A stretch of DNA of 64,000 bases from an uncultured Chitinophagaceae bacterium (GCA_963819045.1 CAWFUV010000031.1:19941-83940), one strand, 5' to 3'; shown: positions 35,935-46,532, numbered from the stretch's first letter. Numbers and translations are program-made. Notes: a model not told the origin generated them from the letters alone.

Positions 35935-37965
35935 TTATAGTTTTCCGATAAGATCGAGTGCTGCCGGCACAGTATTAACCGGTGCTAAACAAGTATTATT
36001 TTTACACACGTAAATAGCTGTTTCCTGCTTTATTTCCTTGCCCTGCAACAGGCTAAATACGTTCTCTCCTCCTGGTTCAGATGCCGATTGCACAATCTTA
36101 TCTGGTATAAAATGCTGAAGTAATTCAGGCAACGCTTGCGCTGCATTTGCGCCTGTAACTACTATCTCATTCATACCATGCACCATGTTTTGCAGTACCG
36201 CAGCCCACACGCCAAACGACGTGGGATAACTCGTGATAGCATTTGCTACACTTTGTACCATTCTGCGGCTTTGTTCCAGCCATTCTTTTTCATCAAATAT
36301 GAGCGCTAAATAATACAGGTTTCCAGCCATTACCGAGTTGCCCGATGGCATTGCGCCATCATATACATCTTTCTTTCTTACTACTACATCGCTTTGGTGA
36401 TAAGGTGTAAAGAAGAAAAATCCGGATTCGCTATCCCAAAAATGTTGCTGCACATAAGCGGCTAAAGTTTTGGCTTTCAATAAGTATTTGTTGTTGCCTG
36501 TTATTTCCTGCAAATGAATATATGCTTGAACAAGATAAGCATAATCATCTAAAAAAGCTGCATGCGCGGTTTTATTTTCTTTCCAGCTATGCAACCACTC
36601 GTCATCTTTTTGCAATTTTGCTTCCAAAAATTGAATAGCATTAGTTGCCATTTCCAAAAAATGAGTATCCCCCAAAGCAGCATACGCCTTGCAACAAGCA
36701 GTTATCATCAGTGCATTCCAACCCAGGAGTATCTTATCATCCAGCATTGGACGGACGCGCTTTGCTCTTTCTGCAAATAACTTTTTGCGGGAGCGGGCAA
36801 GTATAACTTTCTCGTTATCGCTTAATGGTCTGTTATATGCGGGCATCCATAAGATATTGGTATGCTCCCAGTTGCCCCGTTCGCTTACGTCGTACACCTG
36901 GCAAAACAAGTTACTGTCCTCTCCAAGTATAGCATCTATCTCCGCTTTGCTCCAGGTGTAGAATTTCCCTTCTACTCCCTCACTATCCGCATCCAGTGCA
37001 CTAAAAAAGCCTCCGCCGGGGGCGGTCAGTTCCCTTTCTACAAATGCCAGTGTGCTACGGACGGCATCAGCATAGTGTGGCTGTTGCGTAAGCTGGTATG
37101 CTTCGCTAATAGTACTTACCAGCAAAGCATTATCGTACAGCATTTTCTCAAAATGTGGTGCGAGCCATTGCGCATCGGTACTGTACCGGGCAAAGCCACC
37201 GCCCAACTGGTCGTTGATGCCGCCAAAAATCATCTTATCCAAACTAAGCAATGCCTGCTTTGCTACCGGCTCATTGCCGGTAAAGTAGTAGTGCCGTAGT
37301 AAATATTGAATAGTAAAAGTCTGCGGAAATTTAGGCGCACTGCCAAAGCCTCCCCATTCTGTATCAGCGTGTTTTAATGCGGTATCTGCAGCTAATGCAA
37401 GGTTATCTTCATTAAAAACCCCATCCGTTAGCTCCTGCTGCAAGCCCGGCATATTGGATGTTGCTAAATGGTGAACCAGATTGTCTGCCTGTTCTTCTAC
37501 TTCATTGCGCTTTTGGCTAAACATGTCGTGAATGGCATGAAGCAATTCGATCCAGCTCATACGGTTGAAGGCCCTTACCGGCGGATAATAGGTGCCCCCA
37601 TAAAAGGGCTTACGGTCGGGTGTCAGAAACACATTCAATGGCCAGCCGCCCCCGCCACTGATTGCCTGCACCGCATCCATATACAGGTGGTCAAGATCAG
37701 GACGTTCCTCTCTGTCTATCTTTATATTTATATAATATTTGTTCATCAGCGCAGCCGTCTCTTCATTCTCAAAACTTTCGCGCTCCATTACATGGCACCA
37801 GTGACAGGCTGCATAACCAATACTCACCAGTATCGGCTTATCTTCAGCTTTAGCTTTTTGCAATGCCTCCTCTCCCCAGGGATACCAGTCTACCGGGTTG
37901 TGCGCATGTTGCAACAGGTAAGGACTGGCTTCATTTATGAGCCGATTGGTATGTGTTGTTTGCAT
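35935..37965 (-). CDS. Thioredoxin-domain protein (YyaL/SPATA20 family)
   Basis: [21 protein letters not shown] and [11 protein letters not shown] motifs. Confidence 0.9.
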   Translation of the reverse strand: MQTTHTNRLINEASPYLLQHAHNPVDWYPWGEEALQKAKAEDKPILVSIGYAACHWCHVMERESFENEETAALMNKYYINIKIDREERPDLDHLYMDAVQAISGGGGWPLNVFLTPDRKPFYGGTYYPPVRAFNRMSWIELLHAIHDMFSQKRNEVEEQADNLVHHLATSNMPGLQQELTDGVFNEDNLALAADTALKHADTEWGGFGSAPKFPQTFTIQYLLRHYYFTGNEPVAKQALLSLDKMIFGGINDQLGGGFARYSTDAQWLAPHFEKMLYDNALLVSTISEAYQLTQQPHYADAVRSTLAFVERELTAPGGGFFSALDADSEGVEGKFYTWSKAEIDAILGEDSNLFCQVYDVSERGNWEHTNILWMPAYNRPLSDNEKVILARSRKKLFAERAKRVRPMLDDKILLGWNALMITACCKAYAALGDTHFLEMATNAIQFLEAKLQKDDEWLHSWKENKTAHAAFLDDYAYLVQAYIHLQEITGNNKYLLKAKTLAAYVQQHFWDSESGFFFFTPYHQSDVVVRKKDVYDGAMPSGNSVMAGNLYYLALIFDEKEWLEQSRRMVQSVANAITSYPTSFGVWAAVLQNMVHGMNEIVVTGANAAQALPELLQHFIPDKIVQSASEPGGENVFSLLQGKEIKQETAIYVCKNNTCLAPVNTVPAALDLIGKL

Positions 37966-38080
37966 CAGGTTAGAATAAAAAAGTAAATTGAAGCAGCAAA
38001 TTCTGTACGAGAAACAGAACCCGGCTAAAAGGTGATGATGGCAAAAATGTGTTTGAGACTTTTAAGGGGCAGTTTTTTGT

Positions 38081-38890
38081 TTATTTCTTTTTAGCCACAA
38101 CTTCCGTTTGTGCCAGGTATTTATCCAGTGCAGCAACCATGCTGGTCGATTGTGGTGCCGGTGCTTTTATCTCGGCATTCAAGCCTACTTCTTCTACCGT
38201 TTTCAGCGTATTACTGCCAAAAGCACCTATTAACGTGCCGTTCGGCTGATAATCGGGATAATTGTCAAACAGGCTCCGGATACCGCTTGGTGTAAAAAAG
38301 CAAATTACATCATACGTATGTACTTCCATTACCGGCTTTATATCGTTGCTGATAGTGCGGTACATAAAGGCAAGCTGGTACTCGCAGGTATTCTTCTTCA
38401 GCAGGTTTACGATGTCGTTGTCCTGCTGGTTTTCGCTGCACACATACAAAAATTTCTCGTTCTCCTTGTGCTTGTTAATTACATCAAACAAGCTTTTGTT
38501 TGTGCCATCAGCACCGTAAAAAACCTTGCGTTTACGGTACAGAATAAACTTTTGCAGGTACAAAGCCACAGCCTCGGTAATGCAGAAGTATTTATTATCC
38601 TGATTTACAACTATTTTCATTTCCTCGCACATCCTAAAGAAGTGATCAATGGCATTGCGGCTGGTGAAAATAATGGCTGTAAAGGAGGTAATATCTATCT
38701 TTTGCTTCCTGAAGTCACGTGCAGGTATGCCATCAAGCCTTATAAAGGGATGAAAAAACAGCTCGACATTGTACTTTTTTTCCAAATCAAAATAAGGAGA
38801 CTTATCGCTTTCTGGTTTGGGCTGGGTTATTAAAATCTTTTTGCTGTTCTTTTTAACAGCGCCGTTGTTTTTTACCCCGTTTTTAAACAT
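38081..38890 (-). CDS. hemD: Uroporphyrinogen-III synthase family protein
   Basis: ILITQPKP, IIFTSRNAIDHFF and FFTPSGI motifs. Confidence 0.8.
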   Translation of the reverse strand: MFKNGVKNNGAVKKNSKKILITQPKPESDKSPYFDLEKKYNVELFFHPFIRLDGIPARDFRKQKIDITSFTAIIFTSRNAIDHFFRMCEEMKIVVNQDNKYFCITEAVALYLQKFILYRKRKVFYGADGTNKSLFDVINKHKENEKFLYVCSENQQDNDIVNLLKKNTCEYQLAFMYRTISNDIKPVMEVHTYDVICFFTPSGIRSLFDNYPDYQPNGTLIGAFGSNTLKTVEEVGLNAEIKAPAPQSTSMVAALDKYLAQTEVVAKKK

Positions 38891-38927
38891 GCTATTCGCC
38901 TCGAAAAAGTTGGGTTCTTAAAATTGT

Positions 38928-39887
38928 TCACTTTATTAATATAAACAATAACTTATAAATAATTAATAAAGGAAGTATTTCTACAGCGCAAAGATAGATA
39001 AAAAAGTGAACTGCGCTTATATTCAAGTTTTTTACTACCGTGCTTAATGCTACAATATAGCGGTACAGCAGCATGATCAGTACCAGCGCAAGGGCTACAG
39101 TTACGGCAGCCTCGTACATTTGTCCGCTTGAAAAAGCCATAATTGCTAATAACGGCAAGAGAAAAATGCCCGTGACCTTGTTAATTAAAAAAACGATAAA
39201 ATTATAAGTGAAGGCAAACTTCGGCACATTGAACGCCCAGCCGCAAAAGCTGATAAACAAATATTTGATGAGATATATCACAGATAAAGTGCCAAATGTA
39301 TATAGCCACAGCAGCCAGAAAGGGAATTGTGCCACCTGCGGCGAGTTTTTAGCCAGCATTGCGATAAGGAAGCCGCCCGATAACAAAAAGGCGATATTCA
39401 GCAACAGTGAAGGCAGATTGTCCTGAAGCAGGCTCTCTCTGGATTGCTTCTGGCGGTAATTAGATTGAAAAAACAGCCGGAATATACTATGAAAATACTT
39501 AGGGAAACCGGAGCGGATAACGGCAACCAGAAACAACAACCCAGCCAATATATAAAATAATTCGTCTTTGTTGGTGGATTGGCGCATACTCGTTATCATA
39601 AAAACGGGGTGCGCTTTGCCAGCAGGATATAAATTCCTGTACAGCTTCCTATAAGCTGTATCCTCCCCCCAGCTAAGGGTATGTGCTTTATGTTTTGCAG
39701 GCAGCTTCACCGGCAAAGAATTCCGGGGAACAGAATTGCTATCCGGATGTACTTGTAATCCCTCTCCCCGAAAGCTGTCACGTTTCACAACAGCATTATC
39801 TGCAGGCTGGCTGCGTAATGTATCGGTTTGTGCGTATGTTTTCAAGGTAAAGAAAAGCAGGATCAGGATCAGCGACTTCTTAAGCAT
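38928..39887 (-). CDS. DUF4271 membrane protein
   Basis: C-terminal HFFIYLCAVEILP; adjacent to hemD. Confidence 0.8.
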   Translation of the reverse strand: MLKKSLILILLFFTLKTYAQTDTLRSQPADNAVVKRDSFRGEGLQVHPDSNSVPRNSLPVKLPAKHKAHTLSWGEDTAYRKLYRNLYPAGKAHPVFMITSMRQSTNKDELFYILAGLLFLVAVIRSGFPKYFHSIFRLFFQSNYRQKQSRESLLQDNLPSLLLNIAFLLSGGFLIAMLAKNSPQVAQFPFWLLWLYTFGTLSVIYLIKYLFISFCGWAFNVPKFAFTYNFIVFLINKVTGIFLLPLLAIMAFSSGQMYEAAVTVALALVLIMLLYRYIVALSTVVKNLNISAVHFFIYLCAVEILPLLIIYKLLFILIK

Positions 39888-40000
39888 AATAAGGGGGCAA
39901 AGGTAATGCGAAGACAGTTGAATTAAGGGGAGAAAACATGTTTTCAGGAATTAAAAGGCGTTTAAAAGAAATTAGAGCAAAGATGTATTATAAAGGTAAC

Positions 40001-40134
40001 GTTTAACGGCTCCACTGCTTGCCGATGTTGCGGCACTTCCTGTTCCGTCTGCTCTAATATAGTTGTTTAGTTTAATAGGATTCTACAGTTGATTTGCTTC
40101 CGTCAGCCGCTATTTTGGCAAGCAAATGTTAGCG
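40001..40134 (-). repeat. attC-like imperfect palindrome E1
   Basis: tgcttgcc/ggcaagca and gcggc/gccgc arms; AAC and GTT termini. Confidence 0.75.
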
Positions 40135-40142
40135 GTTAGGCG

Positions 40143-40598
40143 TTATTCTCCTACCTGCTTGAGGATTGCATTTTCCAATGATTCACTCAACCGAAAATTG
40201 GTCTGCTTGATTTTCTCCAGCAAGGGTCTAATAGAAGGTATATGTCCTTTGATTTTTGCTTCTGTAATTACACCTAATGTTCCTGTTATGTTCAACCCTA
40301 ATTGTCTTGCCAGCTTTCGTCCTTTCAGTTCATCAATAATTAACAAACAGTCCGCTTTTTCCATAGCCAACGCAATCGCGCTCGCTTCTCCTTTGTCAAG
40401 TGATATTTCTAAAACAAGTTGATTCCTTTTGTCGTTTGGCTCTTGAATATGAATCCATTCAGGAAGAACTTCTCCAAACTCGGCTGCTATAGTACTTGTG
40501 GTAACAACTTCTCCAAAGAGCTTTTTAAGCAAATCCAATTGCTCTATTTTGTCCAGTAAGATAAAGCAGGATGTGTCAGAGATGATAATAGGCTGCAT
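40143..40598 (-). CDS. DUF3368 PIN-like putative toxin
   Basis: IISDTS, LDKGEASAIALA, IIDELKGR and GTLGV motifs. Confidence 0.85.
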   Translation of the reverse strand: MQPIIISDTSCFILLDKIEQLDLLKKLFGEVVTTSTIAAEFGEVLPEWIHIQEPNDKRNQLVLEISLDKGEASAIALAMEKADCLLIIDELKGRKLARQLGLNITGTLGVITEAKIKGHIPSIRPLLEKIKQTNFRLSESLENAILKQVGE

Positions 40599-40818
40599 TG
40601 CGGATGTCGTTTTCCAGTTCCTGCTCGTCGTAATTAAAAATAGATACGTTGTAATTGCCTAAAAGTTCCATAAAAGTCCGCTTGCTGTAACCAGCCAGTT
40701 CTGCAGCTTGTCCTAAAGAAAGTTTGCCTTGCTCATAGAGTCTTGTCGCTAAAAGCATGGCTGCTTCACGATTATCCAAGTCTAAATTGTCTGGTATGCT
40801 TAACGTCAATGTTTTCAC
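40576..40818 (-). CDS. UPF0175 family putative antitoxin
   Basis: LYEQGKLSLGQAAELAG; overlaps the toxin start. Confidence 0.85.
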   Translation of the reverse strand: MKTLTLSIPDNLDLDNREAAMLLATRLYEQGKLSLGQAAELAGYSKRTFMELLGNYNVSIFNYDEQELENDIRNAAYYHL

Positions 40819-40864
40819 TCCCCAAAAATACCTAAATTATAGGAAATGGTCGTAAAACGCTTAC

Positions 40865-41115
40865 CACTAACGCCCCACTGCTTGCCGGAAATAACGGCAA
40901 TCTTGGTTCGTCAGTTCAAATATAGTTATATCGTTCAATAGAAATACTGTTGTTGAATGGCTTGCGTTAGCCGCTATTGAGGTAAGCGGCTCGGGCTTGC
41001 TGCCGGAGCGGCATTTCGTGCTGCGTCAGACCAAATATAGCCACTAAAACTCAATAAAGATTTGTTGTTGAATGGCATTCGTCGCCCCGCTATGGCAGCA
41101 AACCTTGTGTTGTAC
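40865..41115 (-). repeat. Two fused attC-like palindromes E2 (40865-40990) and E3 (40990-41115)
   Basis: Both align to E1 (shared cggca, cgtc, aatatag, aata, gttga, ccgctat). Confidence 0.75.
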
Positions 41116-41119
41116 GCTG

Positions 41120-41740
41120 TTACGAAAATTTAATTACTCCGATAAGGATTAATATGAATACTAAAAAGCAACATACTGCGAACAAATTTACCTTCCTGAT
41201 TGTCCACGGGTTATTACCTCCTGTTTTGTATAGTAAAACTCCAAAAAAGATTATAGTCAGAGGAGTATAAAACATTATCAGCAATCTGTCCCCCTTTAAA
41301 AGCTTATTCAATAAAGAGACATCTATATATTTTGTGTTCCCTATTTGTACTTGATATACCTCTAAGAAGATAGGCTCTTTATGACTTCGGTAATTATTAT
41401 AATTTTCCCTGTTACTGAAAACGGTAAATTTTATGTCATGATACGAGAGTGTATCCTCCAATTTTTGTTTATTTTTTATAGCAAGAAAAACGTTGTCGGC
41501 AATGGAAAATGAATATCCGTTTGTTGATTCAAATGCCAAATAACTTTTAGAAGAATATCTGCCAGCATTTTTTGTTTCTTCGTGGGCGCTACCGGACAGA
41601 TGAAATGTTTCAATTCTATAAAGGCCGGCTTCATCAACATAATAAGTTTTGGCAATTAATTCATAGACATTAGTGATATAATAAATAGCAAATCCGATGG
41701 CAATGAGTCCAATTATTAGGCTTTGTGGCTTTTTGTGCAT
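41120..41740 (-). CDS. Hypothetical membrane protein (cassette gene)
   Basis: AT-rich ORF with N- and C-terminal TM helices, flanked by a 14-bp inverted repeat. Confidence 0.7.
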   Translation of the reverse strand: MHKKPQSLIIGLIAIGFAIYYITNVYELIAKTYYVDEAGLYRIETFHLSGSAHEETKNAGRYSSKSYLAFESTNGYSFSIADNVFLAIKNKQKLEDTLSYHDIKFTVFSNRENYNNYRSHKEPIFLEVYQVQIGNTKYIDVSLLNKLLKGDRLLIMFYTPLTIIFFGVLLYKTGGNNPWTIRKVNLFAVCCFLVFILILIGVIKFS

Positions 41741-42152
41741 CTTGATTTAATAGCGTTCAACGTTTGAATATACGAAGGTTTTAACCATTATAAAAAATTC
41801 GCTCAAATATATTACTCATTATAAATCATAACCTAACTAGAATCGTTTTTTAATATCTGAAATGCTTATCTTATATGTGGTATGTCAATTCTCAATAATA
41901 CTCCAAAAACGAAATCAAATACCCAAAAAAAGAAAGTCCCCTATAACTTTAATTTGTCCAATGAACATTCTATTCTGCCAAATATCTATTACCCACCTTC
42001 ACTTGGAACGGAATAAATATAAAAGTGTATGTTTATGCTTTTGGTAATTCCCTTACACTTCATAATGAAATTGTATTTTACCGTTAATAAGCTACATCTC
42101 CACTTTCCTCATTCCATCAAAACACCTATTCCTTATCTTAAAACACTTGAAG

Positions 42153-42252
42153 CTATACCGATAACTTATACTTAACTTATACCGAACTTATACTTAAGTT
42201 ATACCTAATCTCCTCCGTATTTGCTCCATATCTCCTCCTTATCCGCCCCTAA
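42153..42252 (-). repeat. 11-bp-periodic mini-array (type D/A, reversed)
   Basis: Reverse complement reads ggaggagattaggtataacttaagtataagttcggtataagttaagtataag. Confidence 0.85.
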
Positions 42253-42320
42253 TTATCCAGGCTCAAGAACCTGACAGGGTAATACCTGCACCCATCCGTG
42301 TCATCCCTGAGGCACCCTCC

Positions 42321-44102
42321 TCAAAATAAACTCACAAACCCCAAATGTATCTTAGACTGCCGCATATCAAGCTTCATATCATCCTGTTTACCAATTGCAT
42401 AGCTGATGTTGAAAATACCGGTTTTGGTTTCAAATGCAAGTCCAAGGCCGATACCAATGTACTTATGCGCAAAGGCAGTGTCATTGCTTTGGAAATGCGC
42501 CCAGCCACCATCACTGAAAGCAAAGAAGTAAGAGTTTTGCCCAACCAGGTAGCGGTACTCCAGTGTGCCTACTGCATAACGGTCGGCATAAATGCTTTCT
42601 TCGTTAAAGCCGCGTAACAGCCGGTAGCCGCCAATCTGGAATAGTTCGTTGATGTAATAAGACTGGCTCTGGTACCAACCGCTATTGAGAGCCGTTTTCA
42701 AAGTAGCTTGCCTGCCAAGGGGAAAATAGTGTGCTGCTGTAGCCTGCACACGCAATTGGTAGCTTTTAAGTTTGATGGTATCATATAAATCATTGTAATT
42801 GAAAGCCGGATCTTTAATGCTAATGATCGTATTATTTTTATTGACAGTTTTTTTTCCGGCACTCATTCTTATAGAAAGATCATTACCGCTGCGGGGATTG
42901 AATACATAGTTAGTATTACTGAAGCTGTACTGTAAACCGAGGCTGACTGTGTTGATGTCACCGGCATCAGGTAGCGTTTTATTGGCAATGATGGCATTGG
43001 TATCTACACTTAGTAAGCGGCTGGAAGTAGTTTGTAAAAACAAGGTGCCCGTTTGCCTTGCCGAAAAGGCATAGTCCAACCCGAATAAAGCATTAATATT
43101 TAAATAGGAAGAGTCTTTCTTATACAGTTCAAAATTGAAGTTGATACCTAATGGTGAATGAAAAAGGTAGGGACGTTTAAAAAGAAGGTTAAGCCGGGGT
43201 GACTTAGACTGTAATTGTTGCCAGTCCCCCCCTATTGTCTCGCCGGTACCAAAGGCATTCTTTAGATTGATAGTTGCCTGACCGGTAAGCAGCAGTTTGC
43301 CGCCCACCTGATCATTAGCAGGCAAAAAGCCAACAATCACATCTACCTGATTACTTTGTTTGGGCTGCAGGTAGAGGTTTAAAATAGCACCGCTGCCCAG
43401 CATCATAATATCCCAGGGTTGGGACTGTTGGAGGTAGGTTAGTTCAGCAAGGCGCTGATTTATTTGCTGCAGCTTTTTCTCATTGTACACCTCATGCGGT
43501 GCAATCTCTAAATAGCGATGGATGAAATCCTGGGTAAGCTTCGCTCTTCCGTGGATGCTGATACTGTCTATATGATATAGTTCACCGCTATCTATGAGCA
43601 GTTTAGCACTTACCAGTCCATTGCGCAGCATAATACTGTCCAGGTGCATGCTGGCAAAGGGATAACCATTGTTCTCGTAGTAATCCAATAACTGACTATA
43701 AATAATACTTACTTTACCGGGGTCAAATGGTTTATTGTTGAAAGAGGATTGATGATAGCCTAAAGTACTTAATACCTCCCATGTCTTCTTATCGGCATAT
43801 AAGCTGCTCCAGGTGTATCTTTCTCCAACAAATAACTTTACGGTAACCCCTGTTGAATCCTGCCATAGAGTATCCTCCGATGCTGCTACATATCCCCTGG
43901 CAGCAAGCAGGGATGGCAGTTGCTGTGCGTATTGCAGGCAACCGGCTGCTGAAGGGAAACGCTCCTGCAGCATTAAATCTTTTATAAAAGCAGGTGTTGT
44001 ATCTATAGGTTGCACATATAATGTATAATATTTTTGCAAACTTTGTCCGGAGGCTTGTATGCATACAAAAAAGCAAAGGAATACATATACCTTTATACGC
44101 AT
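42321..44102 (-). CDS. BamA/TamA-like outer membrane protein with POTRA domain
   Basis: YENNGYPFA, NAFGTGE, IGGYRLLRGFNE; C-terminal Phe; start set at MRIKV. Confidence 0.8.
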   Translation of the reverse strand: MRIKVYVFLCFFVCIQASGQSLQKYYTLYVQPIDTTPAFIKDLMLQERFPSAAGCLQYAQQLPSLLAARGYVAASEDTLWQDSTGVTVKLFVGERYTWSSLYADKKTWEVLSTLGYHQSSFNNKPFDPGKVSIIYSQLLDYYENNGYPFASMHLDSIMLRNGLVSAKLLIDSGELYHIDSISIHGRAKLTQDFIHRYLEIAPHEVYNEKKLQQINQRLAELTYLQQSQPWDIMMLGSGAILNLYLQPKQSNQVDVIVGFLPANDQVGGKLLLTGQATINLKNAFGTGETIGGDWQQLQSKSPRLNLLFKRPYLFHSPLGINFNFELYKKDSSYLNINALFGLDYAFSARQTGTLFLQTTSSRLLSVDTNAIIANKTLPDAGDINTVSLGLQYSFSNTNYVFNPRSGNDLSIRMSAGKKTVNKNNTIISIKDPAFNYNDLYDTIKLKSYQLRVQATAAHYFPLGRQATLKTALNSGWYQSQSYYINELFQIGGYRLLRGFNEESIYADRYAVGTLEYRYLVGQNSYFFAFSDGGWAHFQSNDTAFAHKYIGIGLGLAFETKTGIFNISYAIGKQDDMKLDMRQSKIHLGFVSLF

Positions 44103-44158
44103 GTATTCACGTAATTTCATCATCCAATATTCAAATTTATAAGGGGTAATATCTGTAT

Positions 44159-45280
44159 ATGGCGGGCATTTATATTCATATTCCTTTCTGTAGAAAGGCC
44201 TGTCACTATTGCAATTTCCATTTTTCTGCCAGCACAAGGTACATCAACGAAATGGTACAGGCAATTGGTGGAGAAGCTGTGTTAAGAAAGCATTATATCA
44301 ACGAACCGGTAGCTACTATATATTTTGGTGGCGGCACACCCAGTTTGCTTTCTGTAACGAGCTTACAATACTTGATACAGCAGTTGAGGGACAACTTTAC
44401 GATTGTTGAAGATGCAGAAATAACACTCGAGGCAAATCCTGATGATATTGATATAGAGCGCCTGCGCTCATGGAAAGCATCAGGCATCAATCGCCTGAGT
44501 ATTGGTGTACAATCTTTTAATGATGAGGATTTAAAGTGGATGAACCGCGCGCACAATGCACAGCAGGCATTGCAAAGCATTGTATTAGCTCAGCGGGCAG
44601 GTTTTTCCAATATCACAATAGATCTTATTTATGGCACTCCTACCCTTACCAATGAGCAATGGCGACTCAATGTACAGCAAGCTATTGACCTTGGTATTCC
44701 GCATCTCTCCTGTTATGCGCTTACCGTAGAGCCCAATACTGCGTTGCATAAGATGATTGAAAACAAGAAGATGCCCAATGTGGAGGAAGATAAGCAAAGC
44801 GAGCATTTTGAGCTGCTGATACGTTGGCTGAAGGATGCAGGCTATGAGCACTATGAGATTTCCAACTTTGCAAAGCCGGGCTGCAAGAGCAGACACAACA
44901 GCAGTTACTGGCAGGGTAAACCCTACCTGGGTCTAGGGCCTTCGGCACACTCTTTTAACGGTAGTAGCCGGCAGTGGAATATTGCCAATAATGCTTTGTA
45001 TATGCAAAGCCTGAGTCTTGGCAAGGTGCCTTTTGAGATTGAACAGCTTACACCGGTACAACAGCTCAATGAATACATTATGACCTCCCTGCGTACACAG
45101 GAAGGTATTTCGCTTAACCGTATAGCTACACAGTGGAGTGAAGTGGATAGTAAAGCTATCATCAAAGATGCGAAGCTATATATTGTGCAGGGTAGTGTTG
45201 TATATGCAAATGACCACCTGCAGCTTACTACAAGCGGTAAGTTGCTCGCGGATGGCATTGCGGCGGGGTTGTTTAGATAG
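44159..45280 (+). CDS. hemW: Radical SAM heme chaperone
   Basis: YIHIPFCRKACHYCNF, GGGTPS, YEISNF and HNSSYW motifs. Confidence 0.9.
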   Translation: MAGIYIHIPFCRKACHYCNFHFSASTRYINEMVQAIGGEAVLRKHYINEPVATIYFGGGTPSLLSVTSLQYLIQQLRDNFTIVEDAEITLEANPDDIDIERLRSWKASGINRLSIGVQSFNDEDLKWMNRAHNAQQALQSIVLAQRAGFSNITIDLIYGTPTLTNEQWRLNVQQAIDLGIPHLSCYALTVEPNTALHKMIENKKMPNVEEDKQSEHFELLIRWLKDAGYEHYEISNFAKPGCKSRHNSSYWQGKPYLGLGPSAHSFNGSSRQWNIANNALYMQSLSLGKVPFEIEQLTPVQQLNEYIMTSLRTQEGISLNRIATQWSEVDSKAIIKDAKLYIVQGSVVYANDHLQLTTSGKLLADGIAAGLFR

Positions 45281-45287
45281 TGAAATG

Positions 45288-45313
45288 AGCCACGAAGACA
45301 TAAAGGCACGAAG
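45288..45313 (+). repeat. 8-bp-periodic REP-like repeat
   Basis: agccacgaag acataaag gcacgaag. Confidence 0.65.
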
Positions 45314-45530
45314 GAGTTTGCTTTATATGATAGATACAAGGCCATTTAATTGAAAATAGTATGGCACCTCTTTATTTTCAGGACTATGAATAGATAGTCG
45401 GGGTTTTACCTAAGGCAAGGATGATCTCTTACAGTCGCGGCGGATTGGCCTGGCTGCACGAGCCAGGAGTTGAAGACCCCCACGGCGACTACAATAATAA
45501 TCTTCAATATTACATATCCAATCTTCACCC

Positions 45531-46532
45531 CTACTTGAGGCTCATCAAGAACTCCATCGTATCCACGCCGTCGGCAAAGTTGGTGATACATGGCTGCTGT
45601 GCCTGCCCGAAAGGAGTAAAGCCATGCCCTACAATACACTGTACGTCATTATTGTTTTGCAATATGGTTACTGTTTCCTCTTTTGAATTGTAATAACTAT
45701 AGTTTAACTGTGCTACCGGCGCAAACAATTCCGCATTCTCTGTAAGTATAATAGAATCATTATTCATATAATGCTTATTACTCATAATCAGCAGGGCCAG
45801 TTGATAATCGAAGTTGTTTTTGTACTTGTTATAGTCCATAAAATACTCATACGTTTTCAACGCTTCGAGCAGCGGTACAAAGTTGTAGCCATCAGGGACG
45901 AATAACCTGGTCACATTACGGCAGCCAAGACCAAAATAGAGTTGAATATCACTGGCTAATAATGCAATCTCCTCATTTGTTTCTGTACCGTCCAGGATCG
46001 CTACAGAGGTCCTGTTTTTGCGGATAATATGTGGGTACCTGGCAAAATAATAGTCGAAGTACCGCCCGGTATTATTGCTGCCGGTGGCAATGTAAGCATC
46101 ACAATTCTTAAGCATTTCTGCAAAAATGATAAAGGAGGCAACTTCGCTGTCCCATTCCATTAACTTGCCAACCAAATGCTTCAGCAACACCTCATCTTTG
46201 GAGGAGGGCTTTATCATTAATTTATTACCACTGATAAACACACAAACAAAATCGTGAAAGCCCACCAATGGTATATTACCCGCCATCACTACCCCAATGG
46301 TTTTTATAGCTGATGTAGTGTCTTCAACAGCATATTGCTTAACTAATTGTTCCAGTATGTCTCCCTGTAAAAATTCCTTAACAATATTATCAACTGCAGT
46401 TTCTATAAATACGGGGATAAACCATTTGTTCTGAAGGTAAGCCATATGCTTTGCCTGCTGCCATGCTTCCGCATCACTCTTCATATACTCACCCAGCCGC
46501 ACCAGTAAATCAATTCGTTGCCTTACATTCAT
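45531..46532 (-). CDS. Acyl-CoA reductase (LuxC-like)
   Basis: MAGNIPLVGFHD, ATGSNN and YFGLGCRNV motifs. Confidence 0.85.
   Translation of the reverse strand: MNVRQRIDLLVRLGEYMKSDAEAWQQAKHMAYLQNKWFIPVFIETAVDNIVKEFLQGDILEQLVKQYAVEDTTSAIKTIGVVMAGNIPLVGFHDFVCVFISGNKLMIKPSSKDEVLLKHLVGKLMEWDSEVASFIIFAEMLKNCDAYIATGSNNTGRYFDYYFARYPHIIRKNRTSVAILDGTETNEEIALLASDIQLYFGLGCRNVTRLFVPDGYNFVPLLEALKTYEYFMDYNKYKNNFDYQLALLIMSNKHYMNNDSIILTENAELFAPVAQLNYSYYNSKEETVTILQNNNDVQCIVGHGFTPFGQAQQPCITNFADGVDTMEFLMSLK

Noticed and set aside
37468-37986. Long antisense ORFs (also 19589-20026, 52948-53460, 61324-61872)
   Set aside because: They lie opposite well-supported genes and show no recognisable motifs.
44103-44237. 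Overlap of the BamA-like gene with hemW
   Set aside because: Artefact of taking the longest ORF; the signal-peptide start at 44102 removes the overlap.
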